64,000 nucleotides of DNA from Elainellaceae cyanobacterium (GCA_051117555.1 JBNPEG010000006.1:10996-74995), one strand, 5' to 3'. Numbered from the stretch's first letter, positions 53,607 to 63,905 are shown. Program-made: numbers and translations. Notes: generated by a model not told the origin, from the sequence alone.

Positions 53607-54806
53607 ATGACCCCCGCGTCTTCTGACACCACTCATCTCAACCAATACCGTCAGCAATTTCCAGCATTAGCTAACAAATCATATTTTAATTACGGCGGGC
53701 AGGGGCCAATGCCTCAAGCGTCGCTAATTGCGATTCAAAGGGCCCAGGAATACATTCAACATGCAGGGCCATTTTGTGGAGAAGTCAACACATGGATTGC
53801 TAAAGAAGCCGATCAAACCCGTCAGGTGATTGCGCTTGAGCTTGGCGTCGCTCCAGAAACCATTACCCTGACTGAAAATGTGACGGTCGGTTGCAACATT
53901 GCGTTATGGGGAATTGAGTGGAGAGCAGGTGACCACATTTTGCTCTCAGACTGTGAGCATCCCGGCGTGATCGCAGCCGTCCAGGAAATTCAGCGCCGCT
54001 TCGGAGTTGAACTATCAACGTGCCCGCTGATGGCAACTCTCAACACAGGAAATCCGGTGGATGTAGTCGCTCAGCATCTACGCCCTACAACTCGATTGGT
54101 CGTGGTTAGCCATATTCTTTGGAACACAGGGCAGGTTTTGCCTCTACAACGCATTTTTGATGCATGTCGGGCGCATTCCACCCGCTCAAAGACGGTTCAT
54201 GTTCTTGTGGATGCTGCCCAATCGGTAGGGGTTTTGCCGCTCAATTTAACTGAAGTAGGAGCGGATTTCTACGCATTTACCGGACACAAGTGGCTGTGCG
54301 GTCCAGCAGGGATCGGAGGGCTGTATGTGCGTCCTGACGCACTTGATGAGTTGAATCCAACATTTATCGGTTGGCGGGGGGTTACCCGAAATGAAGCAGG
54401 CTTTCCAACGGGGTGGAAAGCAGATGGGCAGCAGTTTGAAATCGCAACCTCTGATTTCAGCTTGTATAGCGGATTACGGGCGGCGATCGCTACTCACTAT
54501 GACTGGGGATCTCGCACCGATAGGTATCAGAGGATTCGATCTTTGAGTGAATATCTCTGGACCGGGTTAAACCACATTCCAGGAATTTCGTGCTTGCGAA
54601 CAGCTCCACCTGAGGCCGGATTGGTGTCGTTTCAACTCGACGGAGGCAACAATTCTGCTCACCAGCAACTCGTTCAGTCGTTAGAAAGCCAGCATGTGAT
54701 GCTGCGTACAATTTTAGACCCTTTCTGTATCAGAGCCTGCGTTCACTATTTCACAACCGAATCTGAAATTGACCAACTATTAAGTGTCTTAAAACAAGTG
54801 TCTTAA
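53607..54806 (+). CDS. class V aminotransferase / cysteine desulfurase-like PLP enzyme
   Basis: FTGHKWLCGPAGIGGLYVR lysine-PLP region. Length 399 aa. Confidence 0.8.
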   Translation: MTPASSDTTHLNQYRQQFPALANKSYFNYGGQGPMPQASLIAIQRAQEYIQHAGPFCGEVNTWIAKEADQTRQVIALELGVAPETITLTENVTVGCNIALWGIEWRAGDHILLSDCEHPGVIAAVQEIQRRFGVELSTCPLMATLNTGNPVDVVAQHLRPTTRLVVVSHILWNTGQVLPLQRIFDACRAHSTRSKTVHVLVDAAQSVGVLPLNLTEVGADFYAFTGHKWLCGPAGIGGLYVRPDALDELNPTFIGWRGVTRNEAGFPTGWKADGQQFEIATSDFSLYSGLRAAIATHYDWGSRTDRYQRIRSLSEYLWTGLNHIPGISCLRTAPPEAGLVSFQLDGGNNSAHQQLVQSLESQHVMLRTILDPFCIRACVHYFTTESEIDQLLSVLKQVS

Positions 54807-54838
54807 AACAACTGCAAAACAGTTGATTGAAGAGATGA

Positions 54839-55729
54839 TTATTCATTCAGAAGCGTTGAACCGTCTTGAGTTAGCGCAGTTCTCGCTTTTTGAGCACGGG
54901 CTGAGGCTTCTGCCATCACTTCATCCATTTTTTCGAGTATTTCGCCCGGATAGTTCTCTAGAACTTTGGTCGATAGCGAGATGCGTCGCTTAATCTCATC
55001 AATGTCAATGATAACTGCTTTAATCGGTTGCCCTGACTGAAAGAGGGAATTTAAAGAGGCGACGTAATTCTTGCTGACTTGGTTGATGTGGAGTAGGCCG
55101 GTTGTGCCATCAAAATCAACAAAAACCCCAAATGGCTTGATACCCGAAACTTTGCCCTCAATTAGCTGACCTACTTCAAGCTGAGTGAGGCTTGCGGCTT
55201 GAGCTGCGAGCCGATGAGACAAGACCAGCTTGCGGCGATCGGGATCAACTTCTAGAAAACTAACGGTCAGCGCTTTGCCGACTAAAGATTCGAGATTGTC
55301 ACGTTCAATCAAGTGCGATCGCGGAATGAAGCCTCGCAATCCTTGCACATCAACGGTCACGCCCCCTTTATTAACGCCGCTAACCCGCGCCTGAATCGTC
55401 TCGTCGGCCTCTTGCATATCGATGAATTGCTTCCATATTTCTTGAAGCTCTAATTGCCGAACGGAGAGCGTAACTTGACCTTCTGCATTTTGTTCGCGAA
55501 TAATCAGAAAATCTCGCTCTTCATCAACGGGCAGCGCCTCAGACAAATCGGCGACCCGAGTGAGTGATGCTTCATCAATGGGTAAAAAGGCTGCAGACTT
55601 ACCACCGATGTCAATGTAAGCTCCGGTTGCATCGTGGCTAAAGACTTTTCCTCGAACAACCTGGCCTCTCTGAAAATTGAAATCATGCTGTTCGAGAGCT
55701 TTTGCGAAGTCGTCAGACGAAAAGGACAA
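54839..55729 (-). CDS. S1 RNA-binding-domain protein (ribosomal protein S1 paralogue, three S1 repeats)
   Basis: Repeating S1 motifs (GQVVRGKV..., GGVTVDVQGLRGFIPRSHL, GQLIEGKVSGIKPFGVFVDF). Length 296 aa. Confidence 0.8.
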   Translation of the reverse strand: MSFSSDDFAKALEQHDFNFQRGQVVRGKVFSHDATGAYIDIGGKSAAFLPIDEASLTRVADLSEALPVDEERDFLIIREQNAEGQVTLSVRQLELQEIWKQFIDMQEADETIQARVSGVNKGGVTVDVQGLRGFIPRSHLIERDNLESLVGKALTVSFLEVDPDRRKLVLSHRLAAQAASLTQLEVGQLIEGKVSGIKPFGVFVDFDGTTGLLHINQVSKNYVASLNSLFQSGQPIKAVIIDIDEIKRRISLSTKVLENYPGEILEKMDEVMAEASARAQKARTALTQDGSTLLNE

Positions 55730-56074
55730 ATTAGCCTCCTAGAGTATGCATAGCCACGGCTGAACCTTGGTCAACAAGGGTTTGGAGTTCTCCCAATATA
55801 ATCAATTCTGGGTAAATTCGACATCATGCCTCTATGAAGTCCTGATAAGAATATCAAGCAATTTATGGGGATTGAACATCCGCGACCGATTCAAACGCTT
55901 CCGTCAAGTCGGGGAGCGTATTCATTTGCAACCTGGTCGCCCCTTGCCGCCGCCGAGGGGATGCTCTACGTGCAGCATTTGTAGAGCATTTAAGGAAACG
56001 TGGTATTGAGAGATTGCGCTGCGTTTACCGACCTCACTCAACCCTATACCCATTTTATCGGAGTCAATTCTGAG

Positions 56075-56836
56075 TCAAGGAGTAGAAGTCGCTGATTTTA
56101 ATTCTCGACTCAATAGCTCTTGAACTTTGTCCCAGGCATCTCGGGACGCCTCGGGACTATAGCTGTCTCGTTGGTCGCAGAAAAATCCGTGCCCAGCATT
56201 CGGATATCGGAACACCTGGTAAGGAATTTGGTGTTTTTGGAGTTCGGCTTCAATGACATCAACCTGATCTTGAGGAATGCTCGTGTCATCCATCCCAAAG
56301 AAGGCATAGATTTTACCGCTGATTTGAGAGGTGCGCGTGACTGTTGGCTCACTATCGCCTGGACACCAGGTTGTGATACCTGCACCATAAAATGAGGCAG
56401 TTGCTTTAATATCGGGCAGGGTAGCCGCCAGATAGGCAACGTGCCCGCCGAAACAAAAGCCAATACATCCGATTGCGTCAGACGCTACGGAGTCTAAACT
56501 CTTAAGATGGTTAATGGCAGCTTGGATATCCCCGAGCAATTCGTCAGCATCCGTTCGAGCCTTGTAGTCTCGACCGATCTCGAGGTCTTCGGCAGTATAT
56601 CCGGTTTCAAATCCGGGTTCAAGACGCTGATATAACGCTGGGGCGATCGCCACATAGCCTGCCTTTGCAAATCGTTCGGTGATGTCTCGAATATGAGCAT
56701 TGACGCCGAAAATTTCTTGCAAGACCACGATTCCCGGAAATGGCCCCTCGGCTGTTGGTTCTGCTAGATAGGCATCAATGTCTAAGTCCTGATTCCGAAC
56801 TTGAAGTCGAGTCGTCCGAATTTCAAAGTCCGTCAT
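56075..56836 (-). CDS. dienelactone hydrolase-family alpha/beta hydrolase
   Basis: GFCFGGHVA nucleophile elbow. Asp/His triad residues in order. Length 253 aa. Confidence 0.85.
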   Translation of the reverse strand: MTDFEIRTTRLQVRNQDLDIDAYLAEPTAEGPFPGIVVLQEIFGVNAHIRDITERFAKAGYVAIAPALYQRLEPGFETGYTAEDLEIGRDYKARTDADELLGDIQAAINHLKSLDSVASDAIGCIGFCFGGHVAYLAATLPDIKATASFYGAGITTWCPGDSEPTVTRTSQISGKIYAFFGMDDTSIPQDQVDVIEAELQKHQIPYQVFRYPNAGHGFFCDQRDSYSPEASRDAWDKVQELLSRELKSATSTP

Positions 56837-57101
56837 AATTGTTATCTCGATTAGGAGGCAGTTCTATACGCTTTAAAGATAAGCCGTAAGGGGGTTCAAA
56901 TCCTGACTGGCTATCTCAATCAAGTCTGTAAGTTTGTGCATCCACAACCAACTCTACCTTTCTCCGTCAATTATCTGTAATTATTGAAACTATTGAGTCG
57001 ACCCTAAACCTATCCTTGAAGCCATTACTCATCATCATGCTTTAACGTAGGACACCAAAGATTTAACCGACTTATCTCCCCACGCCTTGGAGCCTTCGTA
57101 A

Positions 57102-58085
57102 ATGGTTCAATTTCATATTCAGCCCGATAGCGAAATTCCTGCATCAACCCAACTGTATAACCAAATTCGGTTTGCGATCGCCTCGCGCCAGTTTCCACCG
57201 GGTCATCGCTTGCCCAGCACGCGGCAGCTAGCGATGCAAACGGGGCTCCATCGCAACACCATCAGCAAAGTATACCGCCAGCTTGAAGAACTCGGAATTG
57301 TCGACGCTCAGGCGGGTTCAGGCATTTATGTGCGTTCCCAAGGAGATGAGGGAGGAGCTAAGGCGCGATCGCCCATTTTGTCTCAATATCCTGAAGCTCA
57401 TAAGCTGGTGCAAAAGAGCTTAGATGAATTGCTCAATCAGGGCTGTTCGCTAAGTCAAGCTAGGGAACTGTTTTTGGCCGAAATTGACTGGCGACTTCGG
57501 TGCAGTGCACGAGTGTTGGTGACTGCTCCTCAGCAGGACATTGGGGCTGGTGAGTTGATGGTGCAAGAATTGGAGCAAGCATTGCAAATTCCAGTCCAGC
57601 TTGTGCCGCTCGAGGAGCTGAGTGACGTTTTAGATCAGACCCGTTCCGGGACAGTCGTGACAACGCGCTACTTTATTGGACAAGCAGAGGCGATCGCAGC
57701 GCCCAAATCAGTGCGCGTGATTCCGGTTGATATCTACGACTACAGCCAAGAAATTCAGCTCATTACCAACTCCTCAAAAGGTAGTTCAATTGGGCTCGTC
57801 AGCCTTAGCCCAGGAATTTTAAGAGCCGCTGAAGTCATCGTCCACAGTCTCATGGGAGAGGAGCTTTTGGTGATGACGGCTCGGGCCGAAGATGCCTATA
57901 AGCTGAGTGCGATTGTGCGATCGGCTCAGACCATTATTTGCGATCGCGCCAGCTATGAACTTGTTAAAGCCGCAGTACAAGCCTCTAGAGATGATTTGAT
58001 TCGTCCACCTCAGATTATTTGCTGTGAAAACTATGTAGGGACCAAATCTATTAATCTCCTGAAACGGGAACTTGGTTTAGACTGA
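57102..58085 (+). CDS. GntR-family transcriptional regulator with large C-terminal domain (cyanobacterial PlmA-like subtype)
   Basis: N-terminal wHTH LPSTRQLAMQTGLHRNTISKVYRQLEELGIVDAQAGSGIYV. Length ~327 aa. The PlmA-like call is an inference. Confidence 0.7.
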   Translation: MVQFHIQPDSEIPASTQLYNQIRFAIASRQFPPGHRLPSTRQLAMQTGLHRNTISKVYRQLEELGIVDAQAGSGIYVRSQGDEGGAKARSPILSQYPEAHKLVQKSLDELLNQGCSLSQARELFLAEIDWRLRCSARVLVTAPQQDIGAGELMVQELEQALQIPVQLVPLEELSDVLDQTRSGTVVTTRYFIGQAEAIAAPKSVRVIPVDIYDYSQEIQLITNSSKGSSIGLVSLSPGILRAAEVIVHSLMGEELLVMTARAEDAYKLSAIVRSAQTIICDRASYELVKAAVQASRDDLIRPPQIICCENYVGTKSINLLKRELGLD

Positions 58086-58093
58086 GCGTCCCT

Positions 58094-58903
58094 TTAAGTT
58101 TCCGACTCGGATGGAGATGATCCATTTAGTATTGGCACTAAATATGCAACTAAAGCCCCTAGCAGGAACCCCGCAATGTTTCGGAATAGCGGTAGCCAAT
58201 CAGCGGTACGAGTCACCACTGGGCCAATTCCAAACGCAATGAAGAGAATGCTCCAGAGAGGTGAAAATATCAATACCCATTGCCAAGCAAATGTTTGATC
58301 GGGCTTACGAGGCTGACCGGCAAAGCCACACACCAAACCGCCCACAATGGAGGTGATTAGCGTCAGAATCCATTGCTCTCTGGGCAATCCTGGAACAACT
58401 TGACACCCCCCTTTACGCAAGCAAGCCTCTATTGACTCGATTGCGCTAATAATTGAACGATCTTCGCCATTGTCTCGCACAAAAAATTGATTGCCATACC
58501 GGGTCTGCAACTCAATCCAAAACGTACGCGGCAACAGCTCATAAAGGGCATCACCAACGCTGAAATTTAGCAAGTTTCCGCCACGAGGATCAGCAATCAG
58601 TAAGATGCTCCGATCATCGAGTCCCCAAAATTCTTTGACGGCTCGTCCTGGCGTTTGATCATATTGGGTCAAAACTCGAAGCTTCCAGCCCGTTTCAGTT
58701 TCAAAGCCCTTCAGTTGCTGATCAAGCTGCTCTTGCTGAACACTGGCCAGAGAATCCGCCAAATCAATGACATTGGTGGGAACACTTGGCAATAATTCAG
58801 GATTGTCGTAGGCGTGCGCAGGCAGGGCGATCGCCCACGTTAAAAATAAGACACATACAGCCGCAACGTTGATGAGAATCCGCGATATCAGACGATGTTT
58901 CAT
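58094..58903 (-). CDS. TPM-domain protein (TLP18.3/Psb32-like) with C-terminal TM segments
   Basis: Signal peptide. TPM-type core (NVIDLADSLASVQQEQLDQQLKGFETETGWKLRVLT...ILLIADPRGG). Hydrophobic C-terminus. Confidence 0.55.
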   Translation of the reverse strand: MKHRLISRILINVAAVCVLFLTWAIALPAHAYDNPELLPSVPTNVIDLADSLASVQQEQLDQQLKGFETETGWKLRVLTQYDQTPGRAVKEFWGLDDRSILLIADPRGGNLLNFSVGDALYELLPRTFWIELQTRYGNQFFVRDNGEDRSIISAIESIEACLRKGGCQVVPGLPREQWILTLITSIVGGLVCGFAGQPRKPDQTFAWQWVLIFSPLWSILFIAFGIGPVVTRTADWLPLFRNIAGFLLGALVAYLVPILNGSSPSESET

Positions 58904-58960
58904 GAACAGACCCGGTACTAAATTTTGACGCCTAATTTGAAAAACAACAGTTCAATATTT

Positions 58961-59066
58961 ATAGCCCTATGGGCTTAGATTCATAGCCCTACGGACTTAG
59001 ATTTACGCATAAACCCCGTGTTGCGGGGGTTTCTACATACGTTTGGGGAGTTCTACACATGTTTAA
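58961..59066. repeat. dispersed hairpin repeat, family 2 (copy ii), with first module duplicated
   Basis: atagccctatgggcttagat / atagccctacggacttagattt + aaaccccgtgttgcgggggttt + ctacatacgttt / ctacacatgtttaa. Confidence 0.5.
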
Positions 59067-59281
59067 CGTTCTAAGTCGAGATCGCAAAGCTGTAGTCTTA
59101 AAGTTTCTAACAATTCTTTACACTTGTTTACTTTAATCTAAGCTTTATCATATCAGGAGTTAATAAATGATTGTAGGTAATGTGCCTCAACTAACCTCAG
59201 ACGGGCACCGGCTGAAATAGAGTGATCCCCGCCTTGTATTAAAATAGCTGAGTCGGCTTGTCTTACTCGATCACGACGGTT

Positions 59282-59842
59282 TTACGATTTAGGTTTACGA
59301 CTCGTTGCTTTCGACGTCGAACTGTTGTCTACAGAAACGCCCTCGGATGCGACGTTGGGCTGATTACCATCCAGAGATGGATTAGAGGTACTCGGAGATG
59401 TTTGTGACGGGTGATTGATATTGAAGTCAGTTGCCTCAGAATTAGATTGAGCTGAGGGTTGGTCTTGAGGAGAATTTGACGATTGAAAAAATGCTTTCCA
59501 TGCGGCTCGAACTCCTGAAACAGCGCTTCGAGTGCCGACATGTGCATACTGGATTTGCTGCCTCGCGCCAGATAAACTTTGATTGACTTGCTGAACAATT
59601 TGTCCAGCATTTTGAACGCCATCATTGACATCGTCGGTTAAGTCCGTAATTTCCATTCCCGTCAGCCGAATTGCTTCTAAGGTTGGAGGCAATTCTCGGC
59701 TCAGGGTGTCGAATAACTTCTCGGCACTGCGAGCAGCTCTGGCAAGTTCCCAAACAGCGGGCAGCAGGGCAATTAGGATTGCTGTTAGACTAACTGCAAC
59801 CAATAGAATAGAGAGCCCTAACCAGAAGATTGGATCGATCAC
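59282..59842 (-). CDS. DUF948-like N-terminally membrane-anchored protein
   Basis: N-terminal TM helix followed by a helical domain (ELARAARSAEKLFDTLSRELPPTLEAIRLTGMEITDLTDDVNDGVQNAG) typical of DUF948/YtxG-like proteins. Ser/Thr/Pro-rich tail. Confidence 0.5.
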   Translation of the reverse strand: MIDPIFWLGLSILLVAVSLTAILIALLPAVWELARAARSAEKLFDTLSRELPPTLEAIRLTGMEITDLTDDVNDGVQNAGQIVQQVNQSLSGARQQIQYAHVGTRSAVSGVRAAWKAFFQSSNSPQDQPSAQSNSEATDFNINHPSQTSPSTSNPSLDGNQPNVASEGVSVDNSSTSKATSRKPKS

Positions 59843-59852
59843 AAGTTGTGAA

Positions 59853-60221
59853 TTACCTCAAACCAGAATCATTGACGGTTGAGCGGGACTCAGGCTCACG
59901 CTGAGCAGTATCAGTCTGGGATAAACGTTGCTGTTCCCGCTGACTTGCTTCCAAACCGACTGCGATCGCCTCTTTAAGTCGTCCTAGCGTGCCATCCCAA
60001 TTCCGTAGAGCCTTGGTAGAGAGTCGATCTGCTTGAAGCTGTACGCTCGATGATAAGTCTTCGGCAAGATCTGGCAACGCATCAGCAGATTTCTTCAAAA
60101 GCTGTCGAGTTTCCCGGCCCGTTTTAGGAGCTACCAGCAACCCCGCGATCGCACCCATTGCAGTTCCTAGCAGTAGCCCTCCAATAAAGGCTCCAGATGT
60201 TCCAGATTGATTATCTGACAT
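59853..60221 (-). CDS. YtxH-like glycine-zipper membrane protein
   Basis: GAFIGGLLLGTAMGAIAGLLVAPKTGRETR is the YtxH N-terminal signature. Separated by 10 bp from the downstream DUF948 gene. Confidence 0.55.
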   Translation of the reverse strand: MSDNQSGTSGAFIGGLLLGTAMGAIAGLLVAPKTGRETRQLLKKSADALPDLAEDLSSSVQLQADRLSTKALRNWDGTLGRLKEAIAVGLEASQREQQRLSQTDTAQREPESRSTVNDSGLR

Positions 60222-60399
60222 GGTTGTGTTTCCTCGCTGTTGGTCGCTGAACGCCTGTAGTTTAAACGATGATGCTTAAAAGCAGTCCTTTAATTAACGA
60301 CTCTCTAACTCGATGGCAAAAAACGAATTGCGCTAGAGTTTCTTTGATACTCGATATGCAACTATCTTAAATAGGATAACAACCCACCAGAAGCTCCTA

Positions 60400-60747
60400 T
60401 CAATGAAGATGATGAGTTTGATGAACTGATTGGGTCGAACGTTTCCGCGACACTCGCCGTCGCTGCTGCCAAACAATTTGACCGAAACTCAGCAATGTCA
60501 GAGCTTGTTGGGCGCCGCGAAGTTGCGGTTCAAGCTGACGATATTTTTGGCGGAGCTGATAAATTCCGATTTCACCACGTCGAATGGCCTCAGGAGCACC
60601 ATGTAGCACCTGATGGGTGCTGTGCTCGGTAGTATCGAGTGCATGTCTCACTTCGACCAGTAGGCGTCGTAGTTTCCGGACATGCCATGCGACAACAAAA
60701 CAAAATCCCGCGATTAAGATATTAACGACAACAACCAGGAGTACCAT
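60400..60747 (-). CDS. small N-terminally membrane-anchored hypothetical protein
   Basis: Single N-terminal TM helix and a basic helical tail. Same orientation as the two downstream small-membrane-protein genes. Confidence 0.4.
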   Translation of the reverse strand: MVLLVVVVNILIAGFCFVVAWHVRKLRRLLVEVRHALDTTEHSTHQVLHGAPEAIRRGEIGIYQLRQKYRQLEPQLRGAQQALTLLSFGQIVWQQRRRVSRKRSTQSVHQTHHLH

Positions 60748-60801
60748 AGTTCAAATTTTCCTCTCATCGTTCTTGAGAATGATATAGCAATCCCAGATGG
60801 G

Positions 60802-60875
60802 GTGTGAGCGGTGGGGCCGGCAACGTCCGCCCCACCGCTCACACACAATTCACAAGCGATTTAGGATCGCTATAT
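60802..60875. repeat. foldback/MITE-like family, short copy C
   Basis: gtgtgagcggtgggg-ccggcaacgtccg-ccccaccgctcacac followed by aattcacaagcgatttaggatcgctatat, and preceded by gatatagcaatc. Lies in the divergent promoter region between 60747 and 60992. Confidence 0.5.
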
Positions 60876-60991
60876 TAACGCCTGGAGTGCGCGTTTGAAA
60901 TATCCTTAATTTGATTAAGGATGTCAGGAAATTAGGTGTCTGCAAACCTCCTGAACGTAGAATGGCTGTTGTTTTCTAAGAAGGCAAGTTT

Positions 60992-63172
60992 ATGGTTCAA
61001 TCTGCATCTCTTAGAGAGCTACATGTGAATCCAGCCACCGGTAGCGATCGCGCCCCAGGTAGTCAGATAAATCCGCTGAGAACCATTACGGCTGCGCTCA
61101 GACAAGCCCGCGCTGGCACGACAGTTCGCCTATACCCGGGAGTCTATTCGACGAATACAGGCGAGCAGTTTCCGCTCATAATTCCTGAGGGAGTCGTAAT
61201 TATGGGCAATGAGGAGACAAAAGGTAGCGGAATTGCCATTGAGGGCAGCGGTACTTTTAACAGTCCTACGTTTGCTCGTCAAAATGTCACATTTTTGCCA
61301 TCTAATCAGTCGGAATTACGGGGCGTTACGGTGACGAATTCGGCTGAGCGAGGCACAGGAGTCTGGATTGAGTCAACAAATCCGGCGATCGCCCACAATA
61401 CATTGATTCACTGCAAGCGCGAAGGAATTTTTGTAACGGGTGCCGCCCGTCCGCTGATTCAATCGAACGTCATCCTAAGCAATGCGGCCAGCGGGATTTT
61501 TTTTGCTCGATTTGCTAAAGGGGAAGTGCAAGGCAATACCTGTCGCCAAACAGGCTACGGCATCGCCATTAGTGACAATGCTGCTCCTCTCCTATTTGAG
61601 AATCAAATTCTGGATAACCGGGCTGGCATCGTCATTTCTCGCGCTGCCCGTCCGGTGCTTCGAAATAATCGGATTGAAAACAATGCGGGTGATGGGTTAG
61701 TCGTTCTCAACCAGGCTGCTGTTGATTTTGGGCATCCCCAAGATCCAGGCGGAAATGTGCTCAGTCGAAATGCTCAGCGCGATGTGCGAGTGGCATCATC
61801 AACATCGTTAATATCGGTTGGGAATCAGCTCAATCCGGTTAGGGTTGAGGGGGCGATCGCGTGGGTTACGAGCCAGCTTCCGACGCGTTTGCCGATCATT
61901 CCACCCTCGATTCCGACTCCTAGCCCTGCACCTGCACCTAGCCCTGCTCCGCCTACTCCTACTCCTACACCTAGCACATCGCCAAGCCGCGTTCGGTTTC
62001 AGGATATTGACGGATACTGGGCACAATCATTTATTGAGCGATTAGCAGAACAAGACATTATCAGCGGGTTCCCGGATCGCACGTTTCGACCTGAAGCCCA
62101 GCTAACCCGTGCTCAATATGCTGCGCTGATTTCCAACGCGTTCAATTTACCTTTGAAACGCGAATCGCGTCGCTTTTCAGATGTGGCATCAAATTTCTGG
62201 GCCGCAGGCGCAATTAGCCGCGCTGAGCGAATGGGCTTTATAGCAGGGTTTCCAGACGGCACGTTTCGCCCTCATGAAAACTTGACCCGCGTCCAGGCAA
62301 TTATATCGCTGGTTAATGGGCTGTCGTTATCAGGCGGGACTCGCTCGCTGCTGACCATGTATCGCGATCGCGCCCAGATTCCAAACTATGCCATCATGGC
62401 GATCGCCCGCGCTACGCACCAGCGATTGGTCGTCAATCATCCCAATCCTGATTATTTAGAACCGATGGTTCCGATCACCAGAGCCGAAGTTTCGGCGATT
62501 TTATATCAATCCTTGGTAGCAGTCGGGCAGGTGTCTGCGATTTCTTCGCCATTCATTGTCATCCCTGTCATCCCTCAAAATTCGGCAGTCTCTTTTTCTG
62601 ATTTACGCGAACACTGGGCAGATGAATTTATTCGCGGATTGGCTTCACAGGGGATGTTAGGAGGCTTTGATGATGGGACTTTCAGACCTGATGCTGCAAT
62701 GAGCCGAGCCCAGTATGCCGTTCTTCTTGCAAACGCATTTAATCCACCTCCAACTCGGGCTCCAATTCGCTTCATTGACGTTCCAGATAGCGACTGGGCA
62801 GCGCCCGCCATTCAGCACGTCTATCGGGGAGGGCTGCTTTCAGGTTTTGGGGACGGGACATTTCAACCCCGGCAAGATATTGCACGCCTGCATGTCCTTC
62901 TGTCGCTAGTAAACGCGCTGAGGTTGCCGGACTCTGACTTGACCGTGTTAACCCGGTTTGCCGATCATGAGGCGATCCCGCACTATGCCAGAGGGGCGAT
63001 CGCCAGTGCAACCCAGCACAATTTGGTTGTCAATTACCCGGATGTGAATCGGCTCAATCCTAATCGAGGTTCGACCCGCGCAGAGGTTTGTTCACTGGTA
63101 TACCAAGCTCTCGCGGCATCAGATCGAGTGCGATCGCTGGATTCTCCCTATATCGTAAGAGTTGTATCGTAA
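60992..63172 (+). CDS. S-layer-homology (SLH) domain protein with N-terminal right-handed parallel beta-helix (DUF1565-like) domain and six SLH repeats
   Basis: N-terminal NPATGSDRAPGSQINPLRTITAAL...VRLYPGVY (DUF1565/pectate-lyase-like). Pro/Thr/Ser linker PTPSPAPAPSPAPPTPTPTPS. Two consecutive triplets of SLH motifs (FQDIDGYWAQSFIERL...; FSDLREHWADEFIRGL...). Confidence 0.8.
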   Translation: MVQSASLRELHVNPATGSDRAPGSQINPLRTITAALRQARAGTTVRLYPGVYSTNTGEQFPLIIPEGVVIMGNEETKGSGIAIEGSGTFNSPTFARQNVTFLPSNQSELRGVTVTNSAERGTGVWIESTNPAIAHNTLIHCKREGIFVTGAARPLIQSNVILSNAASGIFFARFAKGEVQGNTCRQTGYGIAISDNAAPLLFENQILDNRAGIVISRAARPVLRNNRIENNAGDGLVVLNQAAVDFGHPQDPGGNVLSRNAQRDVRVASSTSLISVGNQLNPVRVEGAIAWVTSQLPTRLPIIPPSIPTPSPAPAPSPAPPTPTPTPSTSPSRVRFQDIDGYWAQSFIERLAEQDIISGFPDRTFRPEAQLTRAQYAALISNAFNLPLKRESRRFSDVASNFWAAGAISRAERMGFIAGFPDGTFRPHENLTRVQAIISLVNGLSLSGGTRSLLTMYRDRAQIPNYAIMAIARATHQRLVVNHPNPDYLEPMVPITRAEVSAILYQSLVAVGQVSAISSPFIVIPVIPQNSAVSFSDLREHWADEFIRGLASQGMLGGFDDGTFRPDAAMSRAQYAVLLANAFNPPPTRAPIRFIDVPDSDWAAPAIQHVYRGGLLSGFGDGTFQPRQDIARLHVLLSLVNALRLPDSDLTVLTRFADHEAIPHYARGAIASATQHNLVVNYPDVNRLNPNRGSTRAEVCSLVYQALAASDRVRSLDSPYIVRVVS

Positions 63173-63378
63173 GAACCGATATTGCCAGGTCGACCTGACA
63201 GTCAAATTGGGGCACGATGCTGCTAATGTATGGCACGTTGTTATCGCCCAAACCACCTACACAGTATGTGCGACATCTGGGGGATCATCAAAAGTCTATG
63301 GGGTGACATACCTGTATAGTGGTAAAAATGAGGCTAAGCAATGGCTGAGCCAACAATAGCAAAGACAAGGGAGCGTTT

Positions 63379-63714
63379 ATGGCTGAAATCCAGTTCTCCA
63401 AAGGAGTTACAGAAGAAATTGTTCCTGATATTCGCTTAACCCGTTCTAAAGATGGCACCAACGGAACAGCAACTTTCTACTTTCAGAATCCTAAAGCATT
63501 GAGCGGTGAAAGTATGGAAGAAATTACAGGTATGTATCTAATTGACGAGGAAGGCGAACTCACGACCCGAGAGGTGAAGGCTAAATTCGTCAATGGTAAA
63601 CCTGAAGCGCTCGAAGCATTTTATGCAATGAAAAGCGTCGAAGAATGGGATCGCTTTATGCGATTCATGGAACGATATGCAGACGAGCATGGACTCGGTT
63701 TCACAAAAACTTAA
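63379..63714 (+). CDS. psb28: photosystem II assembly factor Psb28
   Basis: [38 protein letters not shown]. Length 111 aa. Canonical Psb28. Confidence 0.92.
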   Translation: MAEIQFSKGVTEEIVPDIRLTRSKDGTNGTATFYFQNPKALSGESMEEITGMYLIDEEGELTTREVKAKFVNGKPEALEAFYAMKSVEEWDRFMRFMERYADEHGLGFTKT

Positions 63715-63905
63715 GATTGAATTTTTAGAAACATCGCGAATTCAGAAATCGATAATCAGAAAGGGCACAGCTCGATGTTGCACTTAAGGGGGATACCCTT
63801 ACGTCATACAACATGGCCTATGCCCTTTTTAGGTTAAATCGAAGAACTCAGAGCCAATGGTTAACGGATGGGGCAGAACACCGGCGAGCCGTCAATCCAA
63901 CCTGA

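Noticed and set aside
55961-55985. Hairpin gctctac-gtgcagcatttg-gtagagc as a terminator
   Set aside because: No T-tract follows on either strand. The position, 90 bp downstream of the minus-strand dienelactone hydrolase gene and far from the S1 gene start, does not fit a clean intrinsic terminator.
63770-63830. Terminator after psb28
   Set aside because: aagggca...tgccctt could pair and a TTTTT run follows, but the stem encloses a ~50-nt loop. It is too irregular to call confidently.
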